DNA of 64,000 bases from Candidatus Dormiibacterota bacterium (GCA_035544955.1 DASZZN010000012.1:154685-218684); one strand, 5' to 3'. Positions 1 to 10,123 are shown, counted from the first letter of the stretch. The notes: generated by a model not told the origin, from the sequence alone. Translations and numbers: made by a program.

Positions 1-41
1 CCTGAGACTGGACTCAGTCGGATGGCGACTATATTCAGACC

Positions 42-1124
42 ATGCCGGCCAGGGAGGCCACGCCGTTCTCGCTGGAGCTCGACCGGCGGGTAGAGGAGGG
101 CGCACTGGGCACGCTCTACGAGAAGCTGCCCGAGGACCACGTCCGCTGCTACGCCTGCGCGCACCGCTGCCTGATCAAGGATGGCCTGCGGGGCATCTGC
201 AAGGTCCGCTACAACCGCGCCGGAACGCTGATGGTGCCGCGCGGGTACGTCGGCGCTCTCCAGTGTGACCCGATCGAGAAGAAGCCGTTCTTCCACGCCT
301 TTCCGGGGACGGACGCCCTCACCTTCGGGATGCTCGGATGTGACCTGCACTGCGGGTACTGCCAGAACTGGGTCACGTCGCAGGCCCTGCGCGATCCCGG
401 GGCGCTTGCCGATCCAATGGATGTCACGCCGGGTCAGTTGGTCGACATTGCGCAACGGCATGGCGCCAGGGTGGTCGCCACCTCTTACAACGAGCCGCTG
501 ATCACCTCGGAGTGGGCCGTCGAGGTCTTCAAGGAGGCGCGGCCGCGCGGTTTCATGACGGCCTACATCTCGAACGGCAACGCGACCAGGGAGGTGCTCG
601 AGTACATCCGGCCGTGGACAGACCTCTACAAGATCGACCTCAAGTCATTCCGCGACAAGAACTACCGGTCGCTGGGCGGCAAGCTGGAGAACATCGTCAA
701 CGGCATCCAGATGGTGCACGAGATGGGCTTCTGGCTGGAGATCGTGACGCTGATTATCCCGGGCTTCAACGACGGCGACGAAGAGCTGGGCGATATCGCG
801 CGGTTCCTCAGCGGCTTGTCGCCCAGCATCCCTTGGCACGTCACCGCCTTCCACAAGGACTACAAGATGCGCGACCCCGACAACACCACGGCCGAGACCC
901 TGCTTCGTGCCGCCCGCATCGGCGAGGCGGCCGGACTGCAGTACATCTACGCCGGCAACCTGCCGGGCCGGGTGGGCCGCTACGAAGACACCCGCTGCCC
1001 CCGCTGCCAGACCACCCTGATTCGCCGGTCCGGCTACCGCATCCTGGAAGACAGGCTCACCGGCCGGGGAAGCTGCCTCATTTGCGGGCAGCCCATCCCA
1101 GGGGTTTGGCGGCCACCGACTTAA
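42..1124 (+). CDS. AmmeMemoRadiSam-system radical SAM enzyme (pyruvate formate-lyase activase-like)
   Basis: 360 aa ORF with the radical SAM CxxxCxxC motif (CDLHCGYCQN) and a C-terminal Cys-rich tail (CPRCQ...CLICG) typical of the AmmeMemoRadiSam family. ATG at 42. Confidence 0.75.
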   Translation: MPAREATPFSLELDRRVEEGALGTLYEKLPEDHVRCYACAHRCLIKDGLRGICKVRYNRAGTLMVPRGYVGALQCDPIEKKPFFHAFPGTDALTFGMLGCDLHCGYCQNWVTSQALRDPGALADPMDVTPGQLVDIAQRHGARVVATSYNEPLITSEWAVEVFKEARPRGFMTAYISNGNATREVLEYIRPWTDLYKIDLKSFRDKNYRSLGGKLENIVNGIQMVHEMGFWLEIVTLIIPGFNDGDEELGDIARFLSGLSPSIPWHVTAFHKDYKMRDPDNTTAETLLRAARIGEAAGLQYIYAGNLPGRVGRYEDTRCPRCQTTLIRRSGYRILEDRLTGRGSCLICGQPIPGVWRPPT

Positions 1125-1153
1125 GGCACCACGCACTACAATCAACGCTGGTC

Positions 1154-3025
1154 GTGCCAACTGAACTCAGCCGCCGGGAGTTTTCCTGGGTCCTCGGCGG
1201 CCCCCAGGGTGGGGGCATCAACGCCTCAGCGGAGATCTATGCCAAGGCGCTCAGCCACGGCGGCCTCCACGTCTTCGCCAACATCGAGTTCCACTCGAAC
1301 ATCATGGGTAAGCACAGCTACTACCGGGTCACGGCCGCGCCGGTACCGGTCCATTCCCACATCGACGAGATCCACATGCTGGTGGCGCTGGACCAGGAGT
1401 CCCTCTTCGGCGACGCCCCCGAGCGCAAGCACTATCCCAGCCACACGGGTCACGTCCACCAGGTGGCGCGCGGCGGCGGCGTCATCTACGACGCTGACCT
1501 GAAGATCGACCCGGGCCGGTTCGGTCGCGACGACATCAACCTCTATCCGATCCCCTTTTTCGAGGTCCTGGAAGAGGCCCTGAAAGAGGTGGGGAAGGGC
1601 GGTCAGTCGCGCAAGTACATCGTCATGCGCAACACGGTGGCCCTGGGTGCGTCGATCGGCATCTCCGGTTACGACGAGGAACTGCTCTTCGATGCGATTC
1701 GCAACGAGTTCAAAGGCCGGAAGGCGGAAGCGGCCGAGATGAACGTGGCGGCGGTCCGGGCTGCGGCCGCCTACGCGCGCAGCCAGTTCAAGACCAAGCC
1801 CGAGCGCCGGCTGTTGCCGGTCCCGGTCGAAAGCCGAAAAGACCGGATGTTGATCAAAGGCTTCCAGGCGGTGGGCATCGCCAAGCTCAAGGCGGGCCTC
1901 GGCATGCAGACCTACTACCCGATCAGCCCCGCGACCGACGAGAGTGTCTATTTGGAGCAGAAGGGTCCCCAGTATCAGTGCACGGTCGTCCAGTGCGAGG
2001 ACGAGATCGCCAGCATCAACATGGCGATCGGCGCGGCGCACATGGGCGTGCGGGCCGCAACGTCCACCGCTGGCCCGGGCTTCGCCTTGATGTCGGAAGG
2101 GTTCGGCTTCGCGGCCATCACGGAGGCTCCCGGCCCGGTCGTCTTCCTCTGGCAGCGTGGCGGGCCGAGCACCGGCCTCCCCACCCGCACCGAGCAGGCT
2201 GACCTGCAATTCGCGCTGCATCCCGCGCACGGCGACTTCCCGCACATCGTCGTGGCGCCGGGCGATATCGACGAATCCTTCACTGACAGCTTCGAGAGCT
2301 TTAACTGGGCCGATCGCTATCAAATGCCGGTGGTCGTGCTGCTCGAGAAGTTCCTGGCCTCATCAATGTTCAGCAACGATGGCATCGACATGAGCAAGCT
2401 GAAGATCGATCGCGGACTGATCCATCAACCGGTGGACGCTGACGGTGATGGCTACCGCCGCCACGCCATCACCGCGGACGGCATCAGTCCGCGCACCATA
2501 CCAGGAATGCCCGGCGGGATCTTCTCGACCACCAGCGACGAGCACGACCCCGAGGGCCATATCACCGAAGGCATCGAAAACCGCATCGCCATGATGCGCA
2601 AACGGATGGCCAAGCTCGAAACGGCCGCCCGCGAGATTCCGGCCTCGTCAAAGTTCACCCTGCACGGTCCGCGGCAGGCCGACATGACACTGGTGGCGTG
2701 GGGAGCGACCAAGGGTGCCATCGTCGACGCCATGAGCGAGCTCGAGAACGACGGCCGCTCGGTGAACTTCCTGCAGATCCGCCTGATGCGGCCCTTCCCG
2801 GCGGATGCCGTGGCGGCGATCCTTCGCAACGCCAGGCTAACGGTGCTGATCGAAAACAACTATTCGGCGCAGCTCGGTGCCCTGATTTCCGAGCAGACCG
2901 GTATCGCGCTCGACCACCACGTACTGAAGTACGACGGCCGGCCCTTTTCGCGCAACGAGATCGTCGAGGGCGTGCGGTCGGCCCTGTCGGAGCAAAAGAA
3001 GGAGGTCATGGTGTCCCATGCCTGA
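1154..3025 (+). CDS. korA: 2-oxoacid:ferredoxin oxidoreductase alpha subunit with fused gamma domain
   Basis: N-terminus SWVLGGPQGGGINASAEIYAKAL matches the gamma (pyruvate-flavodoxin oxidoreductase) domain. The rest matches the KorA/OorA alpha domain. The ORF track runs it from 512 in a frame overlapping the upstream gene, so the start is probably a GTG near 1154 and is uncertain. Confidence 0.8.
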   Translation: MPTELSRREFSWVLGGPQGGGINASAEIYAKALSHGGLHVFANIEFHSNIMGKHSYYRVTAAPVPVHSHIDEIHMLVALDQESLFGDAPERKHYPSHTGHVHQVARGGGVIYDADLKIDPGRFGRDDINLYPIPFFEVLEEALKEVGKGGQSRKYIVMRNTVALGASIGISGYDEELLFDAIRNEFKGRKAEAAEMNVAAVRAAAAYARSQFKTKPERRLLPVPVESRKDRMLIKGFQAVGIAKLKAGLGMQTYYPISPATDESVYLEQKGPQYQCTVVQCEDEIASINMAIGAAHMGVRAATSTAGPGFALMSEGFGFAAITEAPGPVVFLWQRGGPSTGLPTRTEQADLQFALHPAHGDFPHIVVAPGDIDESFTDSFESFNWADRYQMPVVVLLEKFLASSMFSNDGIDMSKLKIDRGLIHQPVDADGDGYRRHAITADGISPRTIPGMPGGIFSTTSDEHDPEGHITEGIENRIAMMRKRMAKLETAAREIPASSKFTLHGPRQADMTLVAWGATKGAIVDAMSELENDGRSVNFLQIRLMRPFPADAVAAILRNARLTVLIENNYSAQLGALISEQTGIALDHHVLKYDGRPFSRNEIVEGVRSALSEQKKEVMVSHA

Positions 3026-3974
3026 GGCCGCGGCCGCCGCTCCCAAGAAGTTTGCGCTGCAGGAATACAAGACCGAGGTCCATGTCGACTGGTGTCCTGG
3101 TTGTGGCGACTTCGGCATCCTGAGCTCGATCCAGCAGGCACTCTTCCAGCTCCAGATCCCGCCCTATAAGGTCGCGATGATCTCCGGGATCGGCTGCTCC
3201 GGCAAGACACCGCATTACATCGATACCTACGGCCTGCATACGCTCCACGGGCGGGCGCTGCCGGTCGCGACCGGCGCCAAGCTGGCCAACAACCAGCTGA
3301 CGGTGGTCGCCGTGGGCGGCGATGGGGATGGCTATGGCATCGGCGCCGGCTACTTCGTCAATAGCGGCCGTCGCAACGTCGACATGACCTACATCGTGTT
3401 CAACAACGGCGTCTACGGGCTGACAAAAGGCCAGGCCTCGCCCACGCTCGCGAAAGGGTCGAAGACGAAATCGATGCCGGAAGCTTCGATCCAGGAAGGG
3501 GTAAACCCGATCGCCCTCGCGCTCGGTGCTGGATACACCTGGATCGGACGCGGCTACGCCCTCGATGTCAAGAACCTGGTCTCGTTGGTGGTGCAGGCAA
3601 TCAGCCACAAAGGGACCTCGTTCCTGGACGTCTTCCAGACCTGCCCGGTCTACAACGACCTGCGCACCAAGGAGTGGTACGCCGGCGAGGATATCGGTCG
3701 AACCCGCATTCGGAAGCTGGACGCCGACGCAAAATGGGATCCGATTGTGAAGGACCCAGCGAGCATCGACGAGATCGTGGAGAAAAAGGGCCTCGCGCTG
3801 CGAGCCTCCTACGAGACCGGTGACAGCCTGGCGACGGGCGTCTTCTACTCCATTCAGCTGCCGACCTACGATGAGCAGCTGGCCATGAAGGTCCCGGCAC
3901 TCAAAGATCACCCGCTCGTCGACCTCCCGCTCTACCAGCGGGACGTCGATCCCCTCTTCGCCGAGCTGGCGTAG
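3018..3974 (+). CDS. korB: 2-oxoacid:ferredoxin oxidoreductase beta subunit (TPP-binding)
   Basis: CPGCGDF motif and TPP-binding GDGDGYGIG motif. Overlaps the korA stop by 8 nt, which suggests translational coupling. Confidence 0.85.
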   Translation: MPEAAAAAPKKFALQEYKTEVHVDWCPGCGDFGILSSIQQALFQLQIPPYKVAMISGIGCSGKTPHYIDTYGLHTLHGRALPVATGAKLANNQLTVVAVGGDGDGYGIGAGYFVNSGRRNVDMTYIVFNNGVYGLTKGQASPTLAKGSKTKSMPEASIQEGVNPIALALGAGYTWIGRGYALDVKNLVSLVVQAISHKGTSFLDVFQTCPVYNDLRTKEWYAGEDIGRTRIRKLDADAKWDPIVKDPASIDEIVEKKGLALRASYETGDSLATGVFYSIQLPTYDEQLAMKVPALKDHPLVDLPLYQRDVDPLFAELA

Positions 3975-3997
3975 CGGCGCGCGGCCCCGGGCTGCCG

Positions 3998-4597
3998 GTG
4001 GACCTTCGTCTTCTCGCCGTCAGCGATGAGGTCGAGCCGCAGCTGGTCGACGAGCGGACGGTCGCGGCGCAGGGTCACATCGACCTCGTGATCGGCTGTG
4101 GGGACCTGCCGGCCGACTACCTCGACGTGTTGTCCACGGTCTACGCGGCGCCCTTACTCTTCGTGCGCGGCAATCACGACCTGCCAGGACGCCAGGGTGA
4201 CTACCCGCTTGCCGCCGAGATCGACGGGCGAATCGTAAGGGAGCAGGGGCTGCTGATCGCCGGGCTCGAGGGCTCGATCCGCTACAGCGACGGTCCTCAC
4301 CAGTACACCGAGGGGCAGATGATGGCCAAGGTGCTGGCGCTCCGCGTCCGGCTCGGGCCGCGGTGCCTCGATATCCTGATCACCCATGGCCCGCCTGCTG
4401 GGGTCAACGACGCCACCGATGCACCCCACCGCGGGCTCAAGGCGGTGCGCCGAGCGGTCGAGTGGATGCGCCCACGCCTCCTCCTCCACGGGCACATCCA
4501 TCCCTACGGTCGCGAGATACCGCGTGAGGCCGTGCTGGGCGAGACGCGCGTGATCAACGTCGTCGGCCACCGGCTGATCGAGCTCGCTCCGCGATGA
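3998..4597 (+). CDS. calcineurin-like metallophosphoesterase
   Basis: Motifs GCGDL, RGNHDL and ITHGPP with His-rich C-terminal motifs (HGHIH) of metallophosphatases. GTG start. Confidence 0.7.
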   Translation: MDLRLLAVSDEVEPQLVDERTVAAQGHIDLVIGCGDLPADYLDVLSTVYAAPLLFVRGNHDLPGRQGDYPLAAEIDGRIVREQGLLIAGLEGSIRYSDGPHQYTEGQMMAKVLALRVRLGPRCLDILITHGPPAGVNDATDAPHRGLKAVRRAVEWMRPRLLLHGHIHPYGREIPREAVLGETRVINVVGHRLIELAPR

Positions 4598-5577
4598 AAC
4601 AAATGAGGGCCCGGGCCGATTTCGAGACGGCCCGCATCCAGGCCTTCCTGCGTGACGCCGGCATAGTGATCCGCGGTGATCCCAGGCCCCTGCTCTCCTT
4701 CGACGAGGTGCGCCGTGCCGCCCGGCTCGAAGGGCAGTCGTACCGCGGGCTGAAGGACATCCCGATCGATGACATTCGCGGCTCGGTAGGGCGCCCGAAC
4801 GACTTCGACGCCTCCTTTCTTCCGGTGAGGCCCCAGATGCGAAAGCGCTGGGAACAGCTCGACGCTGCCATGCGAAGGGGCGAAGCAGTGCCGCCCATCG
4901 AGGTGTATCAGCTCGGTGACGTCTACTTCGTGAAGGACGGGCATCATCGTGTCTCGGTTGCCCGCCACCTGGGATGGAAGACGATCCCGGCTCGGGTGAT
5001 CCAGGTTCGAACCCGCGCACCACTGAGTGGTGACATGGATGCGGCGGCCCTGCTCCAGGCCAAGGAGTATGTCGACTTCCTGGAGCGCAGCCAGCTCGAC
5101 CGCGTGCGCCCCGAGGCGTCGATCGCCGTCAGCCGGCTGGGGCGCTATGACCGGATCTTCGAGGACATTCTCGGTCACCGCTATTTTTTGGGTCTTCAGC
5201 AGTACCGCGAGGTTGCTATCGGCGAGGCCAGTGCCAGCTGGTACGACAACGTCTACAAGCCGATCGCCGACCTGATCCGCGAGTACGACATCCTGGCACA
5301 TTTCCCCGGGAGGACGGAAGCGGACCTTTACTTGTGGATCACCGCGCGATGGCTGGAGCTGAGCCGCGCGCAAAAGCCGGCGGGTCCGGCTGAGGCCATC
5401 GCCGACATCCTGTTCGAGACAGAGGGCGCGGGTGCTCCGCTTCCACCACCGCAACTCCTTGCCGTGCTGCGGCGCTGGCTGGGCCCGCCCCGCCGCGTGA
5501 TCCAACTCCCGGTCCGGCTGGTCCGTGCCGCCACCACGCTGAGCGGGGAGCCCCAGCCCCCTCTCGAGCCGGTCTGA
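4594..5577 (+). CDS. ParB/Srx-like nuclease-domain protein
   Basis: ParB N-terminal signature VYFVKDGHHRVSVARHLGWKTIPARV. Overlaps the upstream phosphoesterase stop by 4 nt (ATGA). Confidence 0.55.
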   Translation: MKQMRARADFETARIQAFLRDAGIVIRGDPRPLLSFDEVRRAARLEGQSYRGLKDIPIDDIRGSVGRPNDFDASFLPVRPQMRKRWEQLDAAMRRGEAVPPIEVYQLGDVYFVKDGHHRVSVARHLGWKTIPARVIQVRTRAPLSGDMDAAALLQAKEYVDFLERSQLDRVRPEASIAVSRLGRYDRIFEDILGHRYFLGLQQYREVAIGEASASWYDNVYKPIADLIREYDILAHFPGRTEADLYLWITARWLELSRAQKPAGPAEAIADILFETEGAGAPLPPPQLLAVLRRWLGPPRRVIQLPVRLVRAATTLSGEPQPPLEPV

Positions 5578-5580
5578 GGC

Positions 5581-5895
5581 TCAGGCCTCGGTCTTTCGCT
5601 TCTCCGGGTAGGCGGCGTTGATCTCGGCGCGAACGCGACCCTTGTCGGCATCGCTCTTGAAATAGTCAAAATTCCAGGCGATGAACTTCTTTTGCTCCGG
5701 TGGGACCTCGTCCTCCGGGTAGATCGCCGCCACCGGACAGGGATCCACGCACGCGCCGCAGTCGATGCACTCATCTGGGTTGATGTAGAGCATCCGGTCC
5801 TCGGCCCCGCCGTCGATGATGCAGTCGACCGGGCAGACGTCGACGCAGGACTTGTCCTTCAGGTCGACGCAGGTCTCGGTAATGATGTAGGCCAT
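5581..5895 (-). CDS. fdxA: 7Fe ferredoxin ([3Fe-4S][4Fe-4S], FdxA type)
   Basis: 104 aa starting MAYIITETCVDLKDKSCVDVCPVDCI, with a second cluster motif CIDCGACVDPCP. This is the classic actinobacterial/thermophile FdxA. Confidence 0.85.
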   Translation of the reverse strand: MAYIITETCVDLKDKSCVDVCPVDCIIDGGAEDRMLYINPDECIDCGACVDPCPVAAIYPEDEVPPEQKKFIAWNFDYFKSDADKGRVRAEINAAYPEKRKTEA

Positions 5896-6016
5896 TTCCT
5901 TGGGGGAAATTCACTCTAGCACAGGGTTCCAAAAGGGTTTCAGGACCGTCACAGATCGGTGAGGCGGCGCTTGCCGCAGGTGGCAAGACGAGGCTTGCGC
6001 CCAGCGTTACGTCTTC

Positions 6017-6928
6017 GTGGCCCTTCCCAGACCGGCTCCCCCGCGTCTCGTGTTCAGGCCGGCCCGCCGAGTCTCATGGGCTACGTGGATCTTCGCCATC
6101 CTGGTGCTCGTGCTGGCGGGCGGCGCCGTCGGCGCCTTTCTTATGGTGGTGCTGCCCCAGCGGGTGGCGCAGCTGGCGGTATCAGAAGCCGGCGAGCTCG
6201 CGCTGGCGCGAAAAGGCACGACTGACGTGAGTACCGCGGTCAGCAGCCTCTGGACAGACATGTCGGCCAAAGGCGGCATCAGCCTCTCGGCTGACCAGCT
6301 CACCAAAGACCTGGCTCTCGCGCAGGCCACCGAAAAGTCCGCGGATGATGCACTGAGCCACGTTCAGGCCGCCGAAACGTACATGTCCCAGGCGGACGGT
6401 CTCCCATTCCAGTTCCACTCGCCGACGTTCATCGCGGCGGATCGGCCCAGCCTGCAGCACCTGGACAAGGCGCTGCAAGCCACCATCAAGCTGACCCACG
6501 CCGCCACCCTTCAACTGACCCTGGCGCAGAACCTCAACCAGGACGCCCGGACCATTAGCGGCGGCCTCACCACGAGTGTGAACGCTCGGGCGTGGACGGA
6601 CGCGGCCCGGACGGCATCCGCCCTGACCACCGACCTGAGGGCGCAGCAGCCGCCGGTCAGCGACCCGGAGGCGCTGCTCGACCCGCTCTGGAGCAAGTGG
6701 GTCGACGCCATGCTCGCGGTCGCGACCAGCGTGCAGCAGCTCAGCCTGGCCTCGGCGGGCGGCCAAACCCAACAGGCCCAGCAGGCGAGCCGGAGCCTGG
6801 CGGCAGCCTGGGGCCAGCTTGCCAGCAGCTTCTCGGACGCCCAGAATGGCGCCGCCGCATGGCAGGCAAAGACGGTCAAGCCCCTCCTCGACACGATCGC
6901 CAGTGAGAAGTCGGCGGGCGGCGCTTAG
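6017..6928 (+). CDS. hypothetical membrane-anchored protein (Ala/Gln-rich)
   Basis: 303 aa ORF with an N-terminal TM helix (WIFAILVLVLAGGAVGAFLMVVL). No recognisable domain. Coding potential is supported only by ORF length and codon bias. Confidence 0.4.
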   Translation: MALPRPAPPRLVFRPARRVSWATWIFAILVLVLAGGAVGAFLMVVLPQRVAQLAVSEAGELALARKGTTDVSTAVSSLWTDMSAKGGISLSADQLTKDLALAQATEKSADDALSHVQAAETYMSQADGLPFQFHSPTFIAADRPSLQHLDKALQATIKLTHAATLQLTLAQNLNQDARTISGGLTTSVNARAWTDAARTASALTTDLRAQQPPVSDPEALLDPLWSKWVDAMLAVATSVQQLSLASAGGQTQQAQQASRSLAAAWGQLASSFSDAQNGAAAWQAKTVKPLLDTIASEKSAGGA

Positions 6929-8031
6929 ACCCGCGTTACCAGGTCGTTACTCAGCTCGCTGAGTCGCCGAACCCCGAGCAGGGTCATCGAGACCTCCATC
7001 TCCTCACGCAGCATCGCCAGCATGCGACTCACGGCATCCGCGCCGCCGACCGCCAGCGCATAGAGAAAAGGCCGCCCGATCAGCACGCCTTTTGCCCCCA
7101 AGGAGAGGGCCTTGAGGACGTCGGTGCCACGCCGAATGCCGCCATCCATGAGCACCGGAATGTCGCGGCCGACCGCGTCGACCACCTCGGGTAGCGCGTC
7201 GAGGCTGGCAATCGCGTAGTCGAGCTGACGTCCGCCGTGGTTGCTCACGATCAGCCCGCGCGCGCCCGCCTCGACCGCGTGGCGGGCATCGTCGGAGCGA
7301 ACGATGCCCTTGACCATCACCGGAAGCGAGGTCCTGGCGACGAGCCATTCGAGGTCGGCCCAGCCAAGGCCGGGATGGGTGTTGGCATTCACGTTCTGCG
7401 CGAACGGATCCGGGCCTTCGTCGGGGTCCGCTCGACGCCGGTCGTCGAGATTGGCGTAGCGAAGCCCCTGCGGCAGGCTGAAGGCGTTGCGGATGTCCCG
7501 CTCGCGTCGCCCGGTCTTGGGGAGGTCGACGGTCAGCAGGATCGCGGAGTAGCCGGCATCGACGGCGCGCTCGACGAAGCCGGCGCTCACCGCCCGCTCC
7601 GCGTGCATGTAGAGCTGGAACCAGCGGGGCCCGCTTGCGGCGGCAGCGACCTCTTCGATGGCGGCGCTCGCCAGCGTGCTGAGGGCATAGGCGATGCCTG
7701 CCTCCGATGCCGCCCGGTAGGCGGCCAGCTCGCCATCGGGATGGGCCATCCGCTGGATCGCGGTGGGCGCCAGGTGGACTGGCATCCGGAAGCGCTGGCC
7801 GAACAACTCGCTGCTCAGGTCGGTGTGGTCCGTGGACGCCAGGACCTTGAAGCGGAACCGATAGCGGGCAAAGGCCTCGCGGTTACCCCGAAGCGCCGCT
7901 TCGTCCTCGGAGCCGCCGGCGATGTAGTCATAGATGCCTTGCGGAAGGACCGCCCGAGCCGCCGGCTCGAAGTCATCCAGCTTGAGCGGAGGTGCCGGCC
8001 GGGTCTTTTTGTCGACCATCGAATCGGCCAT
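6925..8031 (-). CDS. lldD: FMN-dependent alpha-hydroxy acid dehydrogenase/oxidase (L-lactate dehydrogenase/glycolate oxidase family)
   Basis: Motifs match the FMN alpha-hydroxyacid oxidising family (e.g. SNHGGRQLD, the VLMDGGIRRGTDVLKALSLGA FMN-binding region). The start is taken at MADSMVDKK rather than the ORF-track upstream Met. Confidence 0.8.
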   Translation of the reverse strand: MADSMVDKKTRPAPPLKLDDFEPAARAVLPQGIYDYIAGGSEDEAALRGNREAFARYRFRFKVLASTDHTDLSSELFGQRFRMPVHLAPTAIQRMAHPDGELAAYRAASEAGIAYALSTLASAAIEEVAAAASGPRWFQLYMHAERAVSAGFVERAVDAGYSAILLTVDLPKTGRRERDIRNAFSLPQGLRYANLDDRRRADPDEGPDPFAQNVNANTHPGLGWADLEWLVARTSLPVMVKGIVRSDDARHAVEAGARGLIVSNHGGRQLDYAIASLDALPEVVDAVGRDIPVLMDGGIRRGTDVLKALSLGAKGVLIGRPFLYALAVGGADAVSRMLAMLREEMEVSMTLLGVRRLSELSNDLVTRV

Positions 8032-8129
8032 GGCGCCAATTGTGGCGTTTTGGGGCCGCCCTGTGTAACGTGTACGGAAGCGCCTGTACGAAAGCGTCGG
8101 ATGCTGCAAGGAAGGGAGGTTTCCTCGTT

Positions 8130-10046
8130 ATGAGTGGGGCCATCGCGATCCTGGCGTTTCATCAGGTCTACCAGCCGCTCGGCGACAACATTTTTCTCTC
8201 GGCGATCGTCGCAGGCATTCCTCTATACATCTTGTTCGTGATGCTGGCAGTGCTACGGCTGCCTGCCTGGATGTCGGCCTTGACGGCGATGCTCTCCGCG
8301 GCCGTGCTCGCGGCGCTGGTCTGGGGCATGCCACTCGGCCTTGACCTTTCGGCGACCACCGAGGGCATGGCGAATGGGTTGTGGCCCATCAGCTGGATCG
8401 TGCTCAACGCGGTCTTCTTCCACAACCTGACCATCGCCAGCGGCGACTTCGACGTGATCCGCCGTTCGCTCACCCGATTGACGGGGGACCGTCGCGTCCA
8501 GGCCCTGCTGGTGGCGTTTTGCTTCGGCGCCCTGATGGAAGGCATTGCCGGTTTCGGTGCCCCGGTTGCGATCTCGGCGGCCATCCTCGCCAGCCTCGGA
8601 TTCGAGCCGATCAGCGCGGCGGTGCTCGCCCTGCTCGCCAACACGGCGCCCGTGGCCTTCGGGTCGATCGGCATCCCGATCGTCACGCTCGGTCTGCTGA
8701 CCGCGCCCATCATCGGCCACAGCGCGAACGATCAAACGCAGGTCACCCTGGCACTCTCCGCCATGGTTGGCCGGCAACTTCCGATCTTCTCGGTCATCAT
8801 CCCGGCCTTCTTGATCGTCGTCCTCGCGGGTTGGAAGCGCATGGTCGAAGTGCTGCCGGCCGTCCTCACCGCGGGCGTCGTCTTTGCGGTTGTCCAGTTC
8901 CTGGTCTCGAACTTCATCGGTCCAGAGTTGACAGACGTGCTCGCCGCGCTGGTCTCGATGGCGGCTGTCGCTCTCTTACTTCGCGTTTGGAAGCCGAGGA
9001 CGTTGTGGGGCTTTGCCGCCGACCGCGCGCCGGTGCCGGGCGCCGCCCCGAGGTTCCGCAGCGTCGGCGCCGCGGTGGCGCAGGTCGCCGATCCGCCTGC
9101 CCGGATCGTGCGCGCCTACATGATGTACGTGATCCTGGTGGTGGTCATCCTCATCGGCCAGATGGGCAACTTGCCGTTCTTTTCCGGCAGCCCTCCCGGC
9201 AACGTGAAGAACGCCCTCCACACACCCGCGAATATCACGGCCGACCTCAAATGCGGCCAGCCGGGATTCGCGCTCTGCCCCAATCCGTGGTTTGGGCCCA
9301 GTCCGGTAAAGGATGCCGGCGCCTTCAAGTTCCCGTTCTGGAGATTCCAGTGGCCCTTCAGCTACGAAGGCACATCGGCCAAACCGAAGGCCCTGATCAG
9401 CCAGGAACCGACGATCGTGACCAAGTCCACGCCCTATCCCATCACCTTTACCTGGGACTTCTTATCGGCAGCCGGCAGTCTCGTGCTCTTCGCGTCGATC
9501 ATCGCCTTTATCGTGATGGCAATCCGGGGTGCGCCGCTGCGCCTGTTCTTTACGACCTACGGGCGTACGCTACGCCAGCTAGCCCTGCCCATCATGACGA
9601 TCGCCTTCATCCTGGGCATCGCCGCCGTCATGAACTTCTCGGGCATGACGTCTACGCTTGCCCTCCTCATGGCAAAAGCCGGAGGGTTCTTCCCCTTCTT
9701 CTCGGCGGTCATCGGTGCGCTGGGCGTCTTCTTGACCGGCAGCGACACCGCATCCAACACGCTCTTCGGCCCGATGCAAGCCCATACCGCCCAGCAAATC
9801 GTCATCGGCGGGCACCATCTGAGTCCTGTCCTGACGGCGGGCACCAACTCGTCGGGGGGTGTCATGGGCAAGATGATCAGCCCGCAAAACCTGTCGGTGG
9901 GCGCGGCGGGCGTCAACCGAGTGGGCTCGGAGGGCGAGATCTTCCGCCGTACCATCGGCTACAGCCTGATCCTCACGGCCGCCGTCGGCATCGTCGCCAT
10001 GATCGAGGTCTACCTGATCCCCGGGATCATCCCAACCTTCGGTTAG
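8130..10046 (+). CDS. lctP: L-lactate permease (LctP family)
   Basis: About 640 aa polytopic membrane protein with LctP-like blocks (GFGAPVAISAAIL, FGSIGIPIV). RBS AAGGGAGG lies about 10 nt upstream of the ATG at 8130. Confidence 0.8.
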   Translation: MSGAIAILAFHQVYQPLGDNIFLSAIVAGIPLYILFVMLAVLRLPAWMSALTAMLSAAVLAALVWGMPLGLDLSATTEGMANGLWPISWIVLNAVFFHNLTIASGDFDVIRRSLTRLTGDRRVQALLVAFCFGALMEGIAGFGAPVAISAAILASLGFEPISAAVLALLANTAPVAFGSIGIPIVTLGLLTAPIIGHSANDQTQVTLALSAMVGRQLPIFSVIIPAFLIVVLAGWKRMVEVLPAVLTAGVVFAVVQFLVSNFIGPELTDVLAALVSMAAVALLLRVWKPRTLWGFAADRAPVPGAAPRFRSVGAAVAQVADPPARIVRAYMMYVILVVVILIGQMGNLPFFSGSPPGNVKNALHTPANITADLKCGQPGFALCPNPWFGPSPVKDAGAFKFPFWRFQWPFSYEGTSAKPKALISQEPTIVTKSTPYPITFTWDFLSAAGSLVLFASIIAFIVMAIRGAPLRLFFTTYGRTLRQLALPIMTIAFILGIAAVMNFSGMTSTLALLMAKAGGFFPFFSAVIGALGVFLTGSDTASNTLFGPMQAHTAQQIVIGGHHLSPVLTAGTNSSGGVMGKMISPQNLSVGAAGVNRVGSEGEIFRRTIGYSLILTAAVGIVAMIEVYLIPGIIPTFG

Positions 10047-10070
10047 CTGCAAAACAATTCCCTGCCTCCG

Positions 10071-10107
10071 CTCCCTCCCCCGCGCACGGGGGAGGGTCGG
10101 GGTGGGG
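10071..10107. repeat. palindromic G4-type repeat element, copy A (intergenic, lctP-glcD)
   Basis: CTCCCTCCCCC-GCGCAC-GGGGGAGGG-TCGGGGTGGGG. A C-rich arm is complementary to a G-rich arm and is followed by extra G-tracts, giving four G-runs. Near-identical copies are at 12346 and 19672. Confidence 0.6.
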
Positions 10108-10123
10108 CGTACGCTTTAGCAAA

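Noticed and set aside
512-1153. 5' extension of the korA ORF, starting inside the radical SAM gene
   Set aside because: It is out of frame with, and fully overlaps, the well-supported radical SAM ORF. The KorA gamma-domain homology begins only at about 1154.
1226-5505. Long antisense ORFs (1226..2323-, 3006..3911-, 4154..5023-, 4504..5505-)
   Set aside because: They are Arg/Ala/Gly-rich translations typical of the non-coding frames of high-GC genes. Each lies opposite a gene with clear homology.
8381-10123. N-terminal roughly 580 codons of ORF 8381..11605
   Set aside because: Low-complexity Arg/Pro/Gly translation overlapping lctP in another frame. Real GlcD homology starts at the ATG at 10124.
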